A stretch of 64,000 nt of DNA from Gnetum montanum (lineage: Eukaryota; Plantae; Gnetophyta). Every line of letters begins with the position of its first letter. The first letter of the stretch is position 1. Made by a program: the position numbers and the translations under genes. The notes beneath the pieces were generated by a model that saw only the letters and a program-made list of their open reading frames with translations, was not told the DNA's origin and made no database searches. The DNA lies in NCBI GenBank assembly GCA_015680685.1, contig MNCI01001810.1, positions 218,327 through 282,326 on the forward strand, given 5' to 3'. Below are positions 27,276-42,138 of this stretch, in pieces.

Positions 27276-27715
27276 GCATGAGAGTTAAGATTGAAATATT
27301 ACTTTAATTTTTAAAAGTGGCCAAAACTCTATGTTTATGTAGTTTTTGAATAAGAGGGAAGGCATATGGTGGGGCCTACAATCCAAAAATTTAAAATTTT
27401 TGAATTTTGAGCTTAACTCCTACCAATCTCAACATAGAAGAGACTCCCCCCCCCCCCTGAACTTCAGTGCACTAAGTGAGCAAATAGGGTTTAGAGGTGG
27501 GCATTTAGATTTTGTTATGGTTTTTATTATGGAATTTTACAATTTTCACTCACAATTGTCATTCTATAACAACAACACATTGGAAGAGAGCTCTAGTAGA
27601 TATTTTTGTTGTAAAGAGCACTAATCTTTAGCATGGAAGCTTTCCATATTCCTTTCAGTTAGCGTTGATCTCCCATCTTTCATGGATTCAAACCATTCCT
27701 AGCATTGAGCCTACC

Positions 27716-30700
27716 ATGGTGCCAAAATAGCATGGGGGAAAGAGTTGGAATCCTAGGATTCAGAAGATGGATGAGTAAGCAAGGTATGTGAAAGGATTGC
27801 CTAGGCCTATCTATATTTAGGCCTCATCTATTGCTACTCTAAGGTAGGAAGTTTTTCCCTTTTATTTCTTGCTATTTCTAATGTTTTTCTTATATTTTTC
27901 TTACCATGCAAGGGGGTCATTTTTCTTAGATCTATGTTGATAGATGGGGTGAAGAAAATTTTCATGAAATCCCACCTCTTATTTTTTCTATTTCTATGCA
28001 AATCTATGGTTATTATGTTGTTTTTGCTTTAGTAGATTCGATTTTTGAAATTAGGCTTGTTATTTTCATGCTTTTTTTCCAAAATTTGGGGGTAGGACCA
28101 TTTTTGTTAGATCTAGGCCAAAATATTTGTCAAAATTAAATTTTAAAAAATCCCACCCCCTTATTTTGGCATGTTTTGTAATGGGTATCAATTTTTTTTG
28201 GCTATTTTTCCTATGTTTTTATGGCTATGTTAAGTTGCTTTTTGGCTTTTTAGCTTTTTACATGAAAAAAGCAAGCAATGTTGTGTGTTTTTCTTAAGTA
28301 AATGGTGACATATTTTTAACATTTAATGTCATGTTTTTGTAGCCCTATGTTTAATATTTCCAATGGTTATTGTTTCGTTTAATTTGGATTAATAATGATG
28401 GAATTATGGATGTTTTCCTAAGGTCATGCAGTTAAGTTTTTCATGCCATCTATAAACTTTCATGTATGTTCATGAATTGTTTTTAAGAAAATAGTAGGAT
28501 TTTTGCTATTTTCTAGTTATGTCTGGGTAGTTCTTAGGTTCAGCTTTCCAATAGAGGTAGAACCACTCTTTTTGGATTAGAAATGAATTTTTCATTAGAC
28601 CTATGTCAAATAAGGGGTTTGTGTCATTTTCAGATTTTTATACAAATTGATGAATTTTTTTTACATAAATAGTAATGGTTTTGAATTTTTATTAAGTATG
28701 GATGTGTAGGGCTTGATTCAAGCTTTCAAACTATGGTGAAATCGATTTTTTTGGAACTCAAAAGAATTTTTGGCTAATTTTTTGCCAACTTGCGCCAAAG
28801 GGGATTCATGGTGATAACTATGGTTCTTGCTATATTTGTCTATGTTTTATGGAAAAATGGTTATGTTTTCTTGGTTGTAATGGCTATGGTTGGAAGGTTC
28901 ATGATTTTAGAAATTATCTATGGTGGAATCATTGAAATCAAAGCTTAGATGAATTTCTCATAGAGTTTTGGTTATGGTCATATCATGGTTGTAGCACTTT
29001 ATCCCTTTAGGGATGGATGTAGTTGACATGCTTAGAGATTACTCTTGTAAACTCACATGATTGCTAAATATGTAAAACCTATGTTTTAAACTTCTTTTTA
29101 AAAGAAAAGTAAAGGATTTTGCTATTTTTAGTAGGCTTTTTGCTAGGGCTATATGCTTTTTTCTAAGTTCTAAGTCTTTTTCTAAGTTTATGCATGGTTT
29201 AAATTAAGGCTTAATTCCAATTATAAAGTTTGGTCTATGTAGGAAAAGGTTATGAAAGCTTATGATAATTTTTTTTTGTTGAATTTCTCAAGTTAACTTG
29301 AATAAACATCTCAGAGCTTTTTACAAGGGCTAATTTCACCCCTGACTAGGATATTTGTTTTCAAGACTTATTAAGAAATTATAATTGGTCATAATGCTTT
29401 TACTTTGCTTCATGTAGTGTCTACTTGAAGTTCATCCTCATCATTGTGGAGTTGGTGGGCATTCTATGCTATATTGGCAACCCCAAGGCCAACACTCCAC
29501 TTCTTGACATGCCCTTGGGGAAGGCTTCACTATGGTTCCAGCCTAAGATAAGGGAATTTCTTGCCTACATTCTACAAAACTTTAGTGTGATGTTGTGGTT
29601 ACACTTATCTATAGATGTGGTTGGGGTCATAGTGAAGACCTTGTTGCCTTCATCATCTAACCTGATTGTCAAGTTTGTTATTGACAATTTGCCTTCTAGG
29701 ATAGCAAGAGGAACAACAAACATCATCAATCCATGTTACCTTACAGAGATCTAGATGATGCTAGAGTATAGCCAATACAATGTTGACAACACTCTAATGG
29801 TGGCGCATAGAGCCCACACATTTTTCTTGAACTTAACTGACACCATGTATCATCTACCAAGGTAAGTATAGTTATAGTATTTTTATGACCTTATTGGCTA
29901 CTTTTCCTAACTCCCTTGGTTTTATGAACTTCTTGAAAGTACTGAGTCAATGATCAAGGCTTGATCATTAATAATCAAACCTTAGAAGTGGCTCAAACTA
30001 TCCTAGATGAATTCAAAAAGGGCTCCTAGATTAGAACTATTATGTATCAATAGTTAAGAAGGAACTTTGATGCATATACTACAAGGTTCAACCTTATATA
30101 CAAAAAGTGCAAAGATGATAGGATGATACATAACTAGTGGATGGACTCCACTAACTCCATGGATTAGAGCCTTGAAGTTGGGACCTCTACTAAAACCACA
30201 CCAAATAAGAAGAAGAAAGGTAAACATAAAGGCTATAGCTTATAATGTTTTAGGATTATGAAAATCCTAAATTTTCTATTGCTTTGACTAGTTGTTAAAA
30301 TTGCTTATGTTGTTGCTAAACTTTGGTTGTTTGCTTTTTGGGACCTTCCACATTTGTTGATGTCACCATACCACTTTTAGAAGCACATCATGAGGATACC
30401 CTCATCTTAAAGTTTGGTGAGGTGATACTAGCACATGAGTGGATGAGGGGATAGGTGCCTATGTACATTCAAGTAAACATCCAATGTGCATGTTTGCTTG
30501 GTGTATTCATGAGACCTATCTCTTCCATCCTTGCTATGAAGATGATACATGTCATCAACTCCTTCGATGAGAAGTTTGGTCATTTTAGCACCATTTTCTA
30601 GGGTGTGAAGGTTAACATGGATATTGATGAGGGCCTCTTTTGCAACTTGTCTAGTATCCTTGTTGATGGGGCAAAGGTTCCCACCAAGATGATGAAGGAA

Positions 30701-32983
30701 TCGAGCCATTGTGAGGAAGTTTTAGAGTGGCTTGATACCAACATGAGCACTCTAGAATGTCCATGGATGGCTCCACAAACCCTGATACAAAGGAATCATA
30801 TCCTTTGTTTAGGTCTCATGCATTTTCTAAAATATTATCATTAAAAAGGTGATTAGCATTGCATAGGGGTGGACCTTTAAGAAGGTCATGATGGATGGCA
30901 CGAGGTTCAACATGGCAATTATTTTGGATATTGGGCTTTAGGAAGAGATCCTTTGACTTCATGTGGATACCTATACAATAATCCAACATTTTTTGTGTGT
31001 TATTTGAAGAGGTTTGTAGAGTTTTTGGTGTGTATAGGAATGGACAATGGTTTCCTCAAGACTCGAGCCAACTTTCTAAGCCATGAAGAAAGAACATTTA
31101 TCCAACAGTGTAGGCCCAAAACCCACCAAAGGGGATGGATGATACATTATCCATTACAACCAAGGATCTTAATGTTAGGTAGTGTGAGTCCACTAATAGC
31201 ATAGATGATGAGGATCCTCTCATGTTTCCAATGAGTGTCCTAGAGGCCAAACAATGACATAGGGAGACCAAAGGGACAACCAAAGAGAAACTCAAGAGGC
31301 CTCTGAAGGAAGCACCATTAGCATCAAACCAACCTATCTCAAAGAAGCTTAAGTTTAAGCTTAAGCCATCACAGTAGGCAGTCACAAGTATTATTTATTT
31401 AAGTTTGGCTATTTTATGTTTTGTGTCTATGTTATGGTTTCATGTGTTAACCAGTTTTCTATGTACTATGGTTGTAGACAAGCATTAGGTTATGGCAACC
31501 CAAGCTACCATGGAGGAACAATAAAGGTGTGCAAAAGAGACACTCTTAAAGCAACCTAGGTTTGAAGGGTCTTTCTATGTAGAAATAAATGATATAGATA
31601 CCTTGTTCAGTGAGATGATGCTAGGAATTTCCTCCATTATCATTCTAGGGGAAGAGGAGGAGGAGCTAGGTATGCCCATGCCTTAACACTTTTGTTATAC
31701 CTTATTGTTTAATATTGGTTTTCATCTTAACCTTTTGATGATTGTTATGCTTATAGTAGTTCCTGAGACACTAGTTCAGCCCCTTCTCTGTAAGTTTTAT
31801 GCAAAACCATGGGCAGAGACCCCAAACAAGGTGGAGTTCATGCTTGAAATGGCTAAGGACATCATCGACTAGTTACAATAGGTTGCAGCAAAGATAGGTA
31901 AGGACTTTGTTTTATATGCCTTAGTTGTTTGGCTATGTTTGGTTATGGCTATCTTAGGTTATATATTCTGTTTATGGTTGTGTAGTGTCAACTATGAAGT
32001 GGGACCCTAGTAGAGACATGTAGATTGACTCCTTGCCTAAGATTCCCTTTAATGTATCTAGTGTACCCTTGAAGTTGTATGAGACTGCTACAAATCTAGC
32101 AATGTCATGTGCAAAAATTTCGTGGGAGTTATAAAGGTCCAAAAAATTCCTATGGGATGAAGTTATGGCCTTAAGGGAGAAGACTCAATGATAGAAAGAA
32201 ACTATTAGGGATCTCCAAGACTGCAAGGCCTTCATGGATTCCCAAGTGGCTAACTTAGGAAAATTGCAAACTAAGGAGATCACATGGGCCTGTTACTGAC
32301 ATACCATTCGGGACAAAGTAGTGGTTCTCTAGGAGATGGAAGAATAATAGATGTAGATGAACCTCATATTCTAGAAGGTTGAGGACTAGAAAGATCACTA
32401 TTCTTGGATCCTAGAGTGGGGTAAGAAACAAAAGGTCCACAAGTAATAGTATAAGGCAGATCGTGAGGCCTACCTTATGTCGCTTAAGGAGAAGTTGGTT
32501 GAATGGCGCATGAGAGAGCTTTTCATCCAAGGGATCCAAGTGGAGAGTTCTTATCAAAATTTTAAGATAGTGGAGTAATCCCCTACTACTTAGATTACCA
32601 CTACTATAGGCAAGACCTCTATGGCTGCTATTACTTGGGAGCCACCTTCTTGGACTACGATTGATAGGGTCGACATCCTTTCTGGAATTGATCTTGGGGA
32701 TGTTGATTAGGTTAACATGATGAAGAATTAGATCCTCTATCATTTGGAGGAAGGCCTTCCACATCTATCCGTAGAGTTTATGGAGCTGGAATCCCCATAG
32801 GTTTGATATATTTTATGTTTTATATTTTTAGTTTGTGCTTTATGGTTTTGGCTAATGGTTACTAATTGGATATGTGTTGTTGTATTTCAAGCATCAGGAG
32901 ACATTGGTAGCCTCAATGGTAAGGGTGGAAATGACTCACCACTTCCTCCTCTAGATGCCCATCAACATCATCCATCTACTTAG
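27716..32983 (+). pseudogene. Antisense accessory gene of B, ~8 exons (27716-27843, 29418-29861, ~29940-30219, ~30340-31385, ~31478-31668, 31757-31897, 31986-32800, 32891-32983)
   Basis: Exon homology to C and D (IVELVGIL, NTLMVAH, KWD..IDSLPK); GT donors and T-rich introns; stops mostly of the CAG/CAA/TGG-derived type; exons 3-5 approximate. Confidence 0.8.
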
Positions 32984-33249
32984 ATTATTGGCTATTTTTT
33001 TTATTTTCATGTTGATAACTATTGTTAGCCAAGACTATGTTGTAGATGGTTGCTATTATTTTTTGACATTTTATGAACACTTTAAATTTAAATTTAAGAT
33101 TTTGATTTTATTTTTGGCTATATATATCTATAGTTGTAGTAAACATTGTGAATATTGTAAATGGCTAGGTTGACATTTTGGTTATAACATTAAATGGATA
33201 ATCAAGGTGATAATAGGCTAAACAAAAAGAGGTATAATGATAAAAAGAT

Positions 33250-33475
33250 GTTCACTAGTTTTAGGCCATGGTAGGCCATGTTGCCAGTTTAAAGTCTTTG
33301 TGGATTGTGATGCTAGTTTAGAATCTTAGTAGACTGCAACACCAATTTAAAGTCTTAGCAAACTCTAATTTTGCCAGTTTAAGGTCATAGTGGGTCATGA
33401 TGTGAGTTTAAGGCCATAGCAGGCCATGTTGTATGATTATCTTTGCTAGTTTAAGGCCCTAGTGAGCCATGATGA
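33250..33475 (-). repeat. TAAACT tandem array (B, after gag-PR)
   Basis: Repeated GCTAGTTTA / GCCAGTTTAA on the plus strand about every 29 bp. Confidence 0.85.
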
Positions 33476-33673
33476 AAAAGAAACTTATATTTTTTTTGTG
33501 ATTTTATGTTTTAAGGATTTTTTGATGTTTATAACATGAGTAAAAGAAAATAAGTAAAAATTAAAGTAAAAACTTTAGCTACATGCAAAAAGAGTAAAAT
33601 AAAATATATAAAAAGGTATAACAAATTAGGCTACATGGCTATTGGTGCATTTTGTTATAAGAGCATGGGATGG

Positions 33674-35050
33674 TTAATGTGCACTTCACTTATGAAAATT
33701 ATTTCTAATCTTTGAAAGATTAGGGAATGATTAAGGCCTACTTTGCACAAGTTTGTATTTACCATCACCTTCATTGATGATGTTGAAAAGGAGTTCATCC
33801 CATAACACATCCCATTACTTATCGTTGTTATTGTTCACTTTTTGTTCCTTCTTGGGTTGATGGATTTCATGAGTAGGAGTTTCCTCCTAAAGTTGCACCT
33901 TAGACACCTACTCTATGTTCACATTGTTGACAGCTATGGGAACTACCATCATTGTGGATGATGATTTCACCTCCTTCATAAGGAAGGTGAATTTCTTGAT
34001 GGATGGGTGACGACATGGCTCAAAATTGAGCCAACCAAGGTCTTCCTAAGATAATGTTGAACCTTGGTATTTTCTCCATCACCAAGAAATTTGCAATTGT
34101 GTGAAACAACTCTCTTGTCACAAAGTCTAAGGAGATAGACACCTTGATGACCATCCTTGATCCATTAAAAGACTTGAGGGTAGTTGTTGATCTAGGTTGC
34201 ATTTGCACAATTAGGCCTAAGTGTTCAACAATGTTGCATGGAATGATGTTGGTTGCAGCTCCATCATCAACATGCACCTAATGCACTTTAAACTACCATA
34301 CACATATGGTTATAAATAGAGGAGACCTAGTTACTTCATCATTTTTGGATTTAACCTTAATTTTGCTATCATGAAATACTAGGGGTGTTGACATCTCCTC
34401 CTCTATTCAGAGAGGAATCATCATTGGATGGATGGATTCCTCATTAGCATGGATGTCCTCACTAATGGGGATGAAAGTCAATGTTTTGACTAACACCTCA
34501 TGATGTGTGACGAAAGTCATGATCAAGTCATACAAGCTTAAAGTTATATTCTTTTGCTTGAGGGATTGTTTGACCTATTCTATTGCATTAAGGAAGTTTT
34601 TATCATTGGTCATGGACTTGTCACCCCAGTTGTACTTTACTTCCTTGATGTGCCCAAAAAATGCAAACTTTGGCTTTAGGTTGTGGTTGTTGCGGCTTTT
34701 CCTTGTTCTTTTAGTTATGGATTTCTTGGTTCTCCTATGGCTTGTTGGTTGAAGGGGATTGGGTAGAGGAGGTCCTGAGTATAGCTGATATGGAGGTGGG
34801 CTTTGGTGGGCCCACTTCATTTAATGCCTCTATTTGGTTGTCACTCTTATTTTTGGGATTTTACTTATGCTTATTCCTTTACTTGGTTCAAGTTTTTTGG
34901 TTGTTGGTTTTTGGTTGTGAGGAAGAGGTAGTAGCATTAGCGATAAAAAGAGGTCGTTATGCAGCTGTTTCAGCTATGGTTGGTTGGGTTGTGTTAGGCT
35001 GGTATACCCTGATGATAAAAGGTTCGCTTGAAGGCATTCATAATGGTACT
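33674..35050 (-). pseudogene. gag C-terminal region and protease of B
   Basis: HVDDGAATNIIP...FNIILGRPWLAQ (ORF 34020-34277). Confidence 0.9.
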
Positions 35051-36815
35051 TCTTCTAACCGAAATCATCAACGTGAGGCTGGAAGGGAAAAAAATGCTAA
35101 AAGATTGCTGGAGAGACACAACCGAACCTGCCTTTGCGTGAGGGCAAGCTAGAAAAGAAAAGAACAAAGGAAGAGTGCCTTAGATGGTCTGCACAAAAAT
35201 CAACCAAGGACTTCCTCGAGCGTAAGCTATGGCTTGCGCTGGTGTTATCGAACTAGTGACATATGAAATGCAAACAAAGAGAAAAACTAGAATGACATAT
35301 ACAGAATCATAAAGTAGATCAAAATGGAAAACAGATCAAAACAAAGAAAACAATGTGATGGAAGGCAATAATGAAATGTATTATATCGCTTAACAAAGAT
35401 GTGCACTGATCAAAGCGTAGTTGCATTTGTGGATGGCAAGTCAAGTGCTAAGCCCCGGAGTGATGTGTTCACAGGTGCTTGGATGCTAGAAGTCACGTGC
35501 GCCGAAGCATCTAAAGTTGCTAGTCAATGCTTCCAAAGCTGTCAACCTCCAAAATTTCCCACACCGTTTATGTAAATGGATAGGGTATTTATAAGGTTTG
35601 TCTAGGCTTGGGTGCAGAATTCATGGATGAGATCAACAACTGAGAGATGAGAGGGAAATGAATTGTGTGACAAGTATTTGATGGAGAGTTCTGTGTGAAT
35701 TGGACATGCATGGGTAGGCTACATTCTTCACCGGATGCACTATATCTTATAGTGTGTTTTGGCTTACGCAAACTAGCTTATGCCCATAGAAGCAGATACA
35801 ATTCGGAGCATAAGAGCTTGACAAGCCCACATATAGTAAAAATTTACAAAAATAATGATAATGTACAACAAGAAAAATTGACTCCAACTTGCTTGGAACT
35901 TCTCGATCCATGGATTGACTACTGTAGGATGATGATGTCAATGTTTTTATGGCTATTTGAGGCATTTCTGTTTCACAAAAGATTCCAGCGTTAGTTTATT
36001 CTATCTTCGCGTGTCTTCAACATGTGTTTGTCATGTTTTTGATCGAGCGTGATCAGTACTCATGCTAGGTTCACGCTGCCAACATGAGCTGAACATGACC
36101 TCAACATGAGTGAGATGAAAATGATGCATTTCACACCAATTTTTGATCTTTGAAGCCTGTTCTTTGAGTGCAATAGTTGCCTAACTATGGTTGACCCTGA
36201 GAGTGAACTAGATGTTGACAACTGAGCTTGGGTGTGTCTTGATTTGAGCCACTTTTGGTAGCTCATGCTGGACTCACATTGCTAGCGTGAGCTGAGCGTG
36301 ACCCCAGTGTGAGTAACAAAATCTTTGTGATTTTGGACCTGAAGTTTGGAATTCTGGAGGTTGGGACTTGAAGTAGTCATCAATGGACCTTGAGGATGAC
36401 TTACACCTTTGAAGCTAGACCATTTTGACTTAGTTTTGAGGCTCTTGGAGTTTGTTCACGTTGGGCATGATCAGTACTCACGCTGGACTCATGTTGCCAG
36501 CATGAGTTGAACGTGACCTTAGCATGACCTCAGCATGATGAAGAAAATTTGTATAATCTGGCCCAAAATATGAACTCCTGAATGCTAAAACTTGAAGTGG
36601 AAAATAGTGGCCTTATGAAGATGACTTGTACCCTCAGATCATACCATCTTTGAATTGATCTAGAAGTCTTTGGAGTTGTTCACGTAGAGGGCAAGCTCGG
36701 CTTGACAAGCCCAACATGAGTTCCATGCCTTAGTTAAATTTTTATCCCCCAAAAGCTCAAAAGGATATGAGTTGTTCTAGTTTTAAAGTGTTAGGCTAAA
36801 ATTAGCAGTGTTTCA
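35051..36815 (-). repeat. 3' LTR of element D
   Basis: Minus strand AAAGAGGGACCAA|TGAAACAC at 36815; far end resembles the C LTR end; repeated TCACGCTG/CAGCGTGA motif clusters. Confidence 0.82.
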
Positions 36816-37954
36816 TTGGTCCCTCTTTATTGATGTCTAGAGGAATCCACCTGAGAGGCATCGACAAAGAAGTACAAAACACCATGATCAACCAAGTATC
36901 AAGCATTGTCAATCGGCCTCTAGCTAGACATCATCACACTGTGTTCAAAAGTACATGGGATTGTGGAAATGTTGTTCAAGATGCAAGGGGATTGGTTGTA
37001 ACCGGGGAGAATTAGGAGTTGATCAAGGTTATAATTGCTATTGGAATTGTGGGAGAGGAATGCTCTCACATGAACAAGCCATGTTTTAGTCCTTGTCAGT
37101 AGCTAGTGTTTAGTAGACTTGCAACCAAGACATAGGGAGTATGTTCTTTGACAAAACGGGACTCTTGCAGAGTCTTTACGGGAGCTCGTTGTAAATAACC
37201 AAAGCCACACGATGATGTACAACATGATAATTTGAGACACGAGTGTAACTTTTTTTCCAAGATAATTTCCTTCCTTCTTGGGGCTTGTATTGAGAAGAGC
37301 CAATGGTCTTTGGTCTATGATGTCAACAAGTTCATGAAGACCTTTTCATGCATTTTTCTTTCTCTTATTTTTTTTGTTTTTTTTCATTCATTTTGAAAGA
37401 TCTTTCTTTTAGTGTTGTACTCGTGCTCATGCACTTGCATTTGCATCATGTACCGTGTATTGTGTTTTGCATTGCAACTGCTTAGAGAATCACAATGTGC
37501 AACAGTGTATCAAGAGCTTTGGGATGAGTAGAATGTATCAAGGGGGTGTAATTGAATAGGATAAGGGAAACATGATGGGGAATAGGGAATGTATCAGGAG
37601 TTAGGAATGTACTTATGAATGGATTGATTAAACTAGTTGTGTGCGTCAGGAAGAATGTGATACCTTGTCATTGTGATGAAGTGCATCTGTGCATGAACGC
37701 CTTAGGCATGTCATCTTGCAAATAGAACTCCAAGAATACAAGAAGACCACAAATGATTTGGTTAGCTAAGCACTTTAAACTTGAATACAACCAAGGAGAT
37801 GGAGCCACCATGTGCAATTTCAAAGCAAATAGAATCATGAACAACATCAGCTTCATTAGGGTCCATGAGACAAATTATGCAGCAAGTCTTTGTGGATCAC
37901 GTGCAACCAATTTTAGCAACATATCCTTTTAAGTATTGCCTAGTCATCAATTAT

Positions 37955-38350
37955 AACACCAGTTTATAGTCTTAGCAGACTGTCACAGGTTAGTTTCATG
38001 TCATAACCCTTTTGACGACACAGGTTTAGTGTTGTAGTAAATGATACANGTACCTAAACTGGTACTATGTTTGATGAACTTGAGGTATGTAATGGTCTTG
38101 GTGTCATGACCTAAAACTGATACCATAGAATGGTCCTGGGGCTATGAATTGAAACTAGTACCATAGAGTGTCCTGGCATCATGATAGTAAACTAAACTAA
38201 ACTAAACTACCACATTTATCTACAATGACATAAAACTAGCATGTAGAGTCCACTAAGACTATAAACTGGTTTGCCTCTTCACAATTTGCTACGACTATAA
38301 ACTAGCATTGTATCATTTACTACAACACTAAACCTGTGTCGTCAAAAGGG
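37955..38350. repeat. TAAACT array after the integrase of D; 38050-38350 is inverted between two N bases
   Basis: Matches C 58860-59145; N at 38049 and 38351. Confidence 0.8.
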
Positions 38351-38351
38351 N

Positions 38352-41300
38352 GCAACGAGGGAACCTGTAACTCCAAAGCTAAGACAGCTTCAGATCCGTA
38401 TACAAGACTATATGGAGTTTTAGCTGTAGGGGTTTGATGTATTGTTCTGTATGCCCACAATGCATAGACCAATTGTTCGTGCAATCACCTCTTGCTCAGA
38501 TTTAGCATCTTTTTGAGTACCATGATGATATTTTTGTTTGTAGCCTCCGCTTAACCATTTCTCTATGGGTAGTAAGGTGATGAGAATGCATGTTTAATGC
38601 CCAAGCTTTCACAGAAGCTTTTATTATCCACACTGCTGAATTGTGGCCGATTGTCGGTAATGATGGTAATTGGAATACCAAAATGGATCACGATGTTTTC
38701 TAGTATAAAAGTGCAAACATGCTTAGAAGTGGTCTTCCTAAGGGAAATAGCTTTCACCCATTTTGTAAAGTATTCAGTTACAGTGATAATGAAGCTATGC
38801 CCTGCAGAAGATGGTGTCATTATCAGTCTAATGATGTCTAATCCCCATCTTCGGAATGGCCATGTGATTTGTGTTGTGTGCAATTCCTTAGGTGGCACAT
38901 GTATTGCCTTTGGAAAATGTTACATGTCCTAACCTTGGAAAAGCAATCGTACTCCATGTGTGGCCAGTAGTAGCCCAAGTGCCTAATCTTTGTTGCCATT
39001 ACTTTGGGTGCTATGTGCCTTTCACAAAGTCCTTCGTGAACTTGTTCTACAATCATTTGACCGTAGATGTTACTAACACACATCAACAGAATGTCTTCAT
39101 AGGATTTGCAACACAGTGTGTCTCTTATCAATGCATATTGCCCAGAGCTTTTTCGCACTGCGTCTTTTTGAGCATTTGTCAAATGTTGTGGAGGTTCACC
39201 TTGTAGAAGGTACTATTTTATGTCATCATACCATTCTATTGTGTGTGTTGTGCTAACGAATGCTATGGGTATTTCATCGAGAGTGTTGGTTATAGGTTTG
39301 ACACAATTTGTTATAGAACTAGGAAATGCATGGAACATTTTAGGTGTCATGTTTAGGGCTAGTGTAGCAAGTGCATCGACAATGGTGTTTTTGCTTCTAG
39401 GGACATGTTGTACGTCCACATCTACTAATTTTTTTCAGCAGATGTTTGGTCAAATCATAATATGGTTGCAAATGGAGAGCCTTGCATGCATAAACCTCCA
39501 TGACTTGATTAATGACTAACTATGAATCACCTCAAACTACAAGACATGCGATTCCTGAAGCCAATGCTGCAAAAAGACCTCTAAGAAGACCTTCGTATTC
39601 TGCCACGTTATTAGTATAAGGAAAGGTTATTCGGTAGGTGAAGGATCAAGTTTCTTTGGAGGGGTATGTTAAAATGGCCGCAGCACTTCCTTCTCGAGAA
39701 GTTGAAGCTCCGTCGAAATAAAGGATTGCCTCATAGTTATCAGGTATGGTGTCTATACTATTAACATTCTCATCGGGGAATTTAGGATTAAACATTGCTT
39801 GATCATGTGTTGGCGAGATGGTCAGTTGTGTGGCTATTGCTTGACCTTTTGTGGAGGATTGAACAACATAGTGTAGGTCAAACTCTGTGATCATTGCTTT
39901 CCATCTAGCTATCCTACTCAACTCATAAATGTTGTTAGTAATGGCTTGGAGTACATTATTCTTGCAAATGATGTAGACTTGATTACAGAAGAGATAATGT
40001 CATAAGTAATCAGAGCATGGCTTAAGTAATAAATGGGGATCTCGATTCCATATTTATGTTTTTGACAAAGCCTCGATGCAATGGAAGAATCAGAGGTTGC
40101 AAGGTAGATGTAGAAGGGTTTATCGCTCTGTGGGAGATAAACTATCAGCAGTTGAGTCAACCCTTGCTTTATGTTCTTGAATGCTTCCTGGCACTATTGA
40201 GTCCATTGGAAATGCACATTCTTTTGTAGTCGGTGTTGCATGGATCTCAACTTATTCGTTAGCTTTGCAATGAAGCGTCTAATGAATTGCAGCCTACCTT
40301 GTAGACCACATAGTTTAGTAAGGGTTTCTGGTGGTTTCATGTTAGTTATTTTCTTAACCTTATCAGGGTCTACTCGTATCCCTATTTCAGAGACTACAAA
40401 GCCAAGAATTTTTCCGGTTTTGACACCAAAGACACACTTCTTTGGATTGAGTCTAAGGTAATGTTTGAGACAACATTTAAGCACTAAGTCTAGATCTTTT
40501 ACATGTTGTTTGGTTGTTTTAGATTTAACCGTAATGTCATCAACATAATCATTGAGCAAATTGAGCATGTAATCACTAAATATATATGTCATTGCTTATT
40601 GATATGTAGCGCCTACATTTTTAAGACCAAACGACATCATCGTATAGCAAAATGTGCCCCAAGATGTCATAAAGGTTATCCTGAGTTGATGCTCTGGGTT
40701 GATTCTTATTTGATTATATCCTGAAAATCCATCCATAAAGGATAACAGTGCATGCCCAGCAGTTGTGTCAATAAGTTGATCAATACTAGGTAGCGGGAAG
40801 TCATCCTTTATAGTGGCTATGTTAAGATAACGGAAGTTAATGCATATGTGTATACTACGTTCTTCTTAGGGACTACAACAATGTTTGATACCCAGTCAGA
40901 ATAGTCAATGACTCGGATGAAACCAGCTTGGTAGAGTTTTGTGATTTCATCACGGACTGCTAACGCCACTTCAGGTCTAACCTTTTGTACCTTTTGCTTT
41001 ACCGGTTTGACTTTTGCATTAAGAATAATGTTATTTTGGATGATTCAAGGGTCTAGCCCTGGCATATCAGTATATGACCATGCAAATGTCTTTATATTGT
41101 CTTTTAGTACTCGAGTGATGTCACTGACAAGTTCTGAGTCCAGTAGGGCACTTAATTTGAATGTTCTAGTTTCATCATTGGATGTAGTAATGGGGATTTC
41201 AATAAGAGGATCTTTAGTGATATTATCAATCTCTATATCTAAATTCTTAGCCACATTTTTAGACTAGTCTAACGGTTCCTGAGTGGGGGCTATTAAATTA

Positions 41301-41407
41301 GTATAAGTGGATGGGTCTAGATCCAAAGATTCTAGGTTGATTGTCCTTTTTACTTGCCCATGTGGTCCACTGAAAGATAATGCTGAAAAGATATTCTTGG
41401 CGGCCAT
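38352..41407 (-). pseudogene. pol of D: RT-RH-aRH-INT (INT C-terminus largely lost at the N gap)
   Basis: FAWSYTDMPGLDP, YVDDI, LNPKKCVFGV, LYFDGAS, VHEGLC, WGLDII, TDNRPQF. Confidence 0.95.
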
Positions 41408-41524
41408 GTGCTTGCTCCTACCAATTTAAACCAAGAGCAAAGTGAGTGACATTTACTTGATGAAGGATTTGTTAAATGTAAACGAGCATCGGGTAATTAA
41501 TCTATGTACTGATGAAATTGCGGG

Positions 41525-41620
41525 ACGTAGCGGTAGTTTAGTGTCATACCTAGACCATATGGCAGTTTTAGGACATACTAGGCTGTGCATGGTAGTTTTA
41601 GGCTATCTTGGGCTGGTAAT
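41525..41620 (-). repeat. TAAACT-type array before pol of D
   Basis: GGTAGTTTA / GGCAGTTTTA repeated about every 30 bp. Confidence 0.7.
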
Positions 41621-42138
41621 ATTCATGTCATTTTGTATTATGGATGAGCGTATGGAGTATTGTTAATTTCTATGTTTCGTGCAAACAATAAATTTATGGG
41701 ATTTTATAGTCTTATGGATTTTCATGTGCACTACTATATATTTTTATATATTTATTTTTTCTATCATCTTGTTTTAATTTTAACATTTCTTCCCTTCCTT
41801 TTTATTTTTTGTTTTTGCTATTTAAAATTTTGGCCCTATTCCACGAGAGTAAAATAAAGAGAAATACCATGTAAGAATGAAACAAAGATGATGTAAGTGA
41901 TAACATGAAAACAAAAGTTAACCTTGGGATATGATAAATTACTAAAAATAAATAAAATGAATAAAAAAAATAAAATGAATAAACAAAATGAAAGTGAACA
42001 TGGGGGTTAAAAAGGGTATTTTGAGATACAAGGGGTGTCACTTGTGCTAGCGTGGTTCATGGGCGGTGAGAGCGTGAGCAAACTAGAGAGCGCAACGTGA
42101 GCATTGGCATGAGTTGTAGCATCAGTTAAGGACCAGCG

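Larger units (their letters stand above)
19029..35050 (-). mobile_element. Element B: same subfamily as A, tail-to-tail with A; interrupted in gag by D, 5' part outside window
   Basis: Reverse-complement homology to the A LTR, pol, palindrome array and PR; homology to A gag ends at ...TAATGGTACT 35050. Confidence 0.93.

Noticed and set aside
29425-29754. Hydrophobic ORF as a possible env-like membrane protein
   Set aside because: It is antisense to the element, and its hydrophobic stretches match the strands and helices of the NIF/HAD-like pattern.
38008-38351. Perfect ~41-bp inverted repeat flanking an inverted 300-bp segment in D (looked like an invertible element or MITE)
   Set aside because: Both breakpoints are single N bases (38049, 38351), the arms are identical in otherwise decayed DNA, and ~0.3 kb of integrase is missing. 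Best explained as a mis-oriented contig with duplicated overlap.
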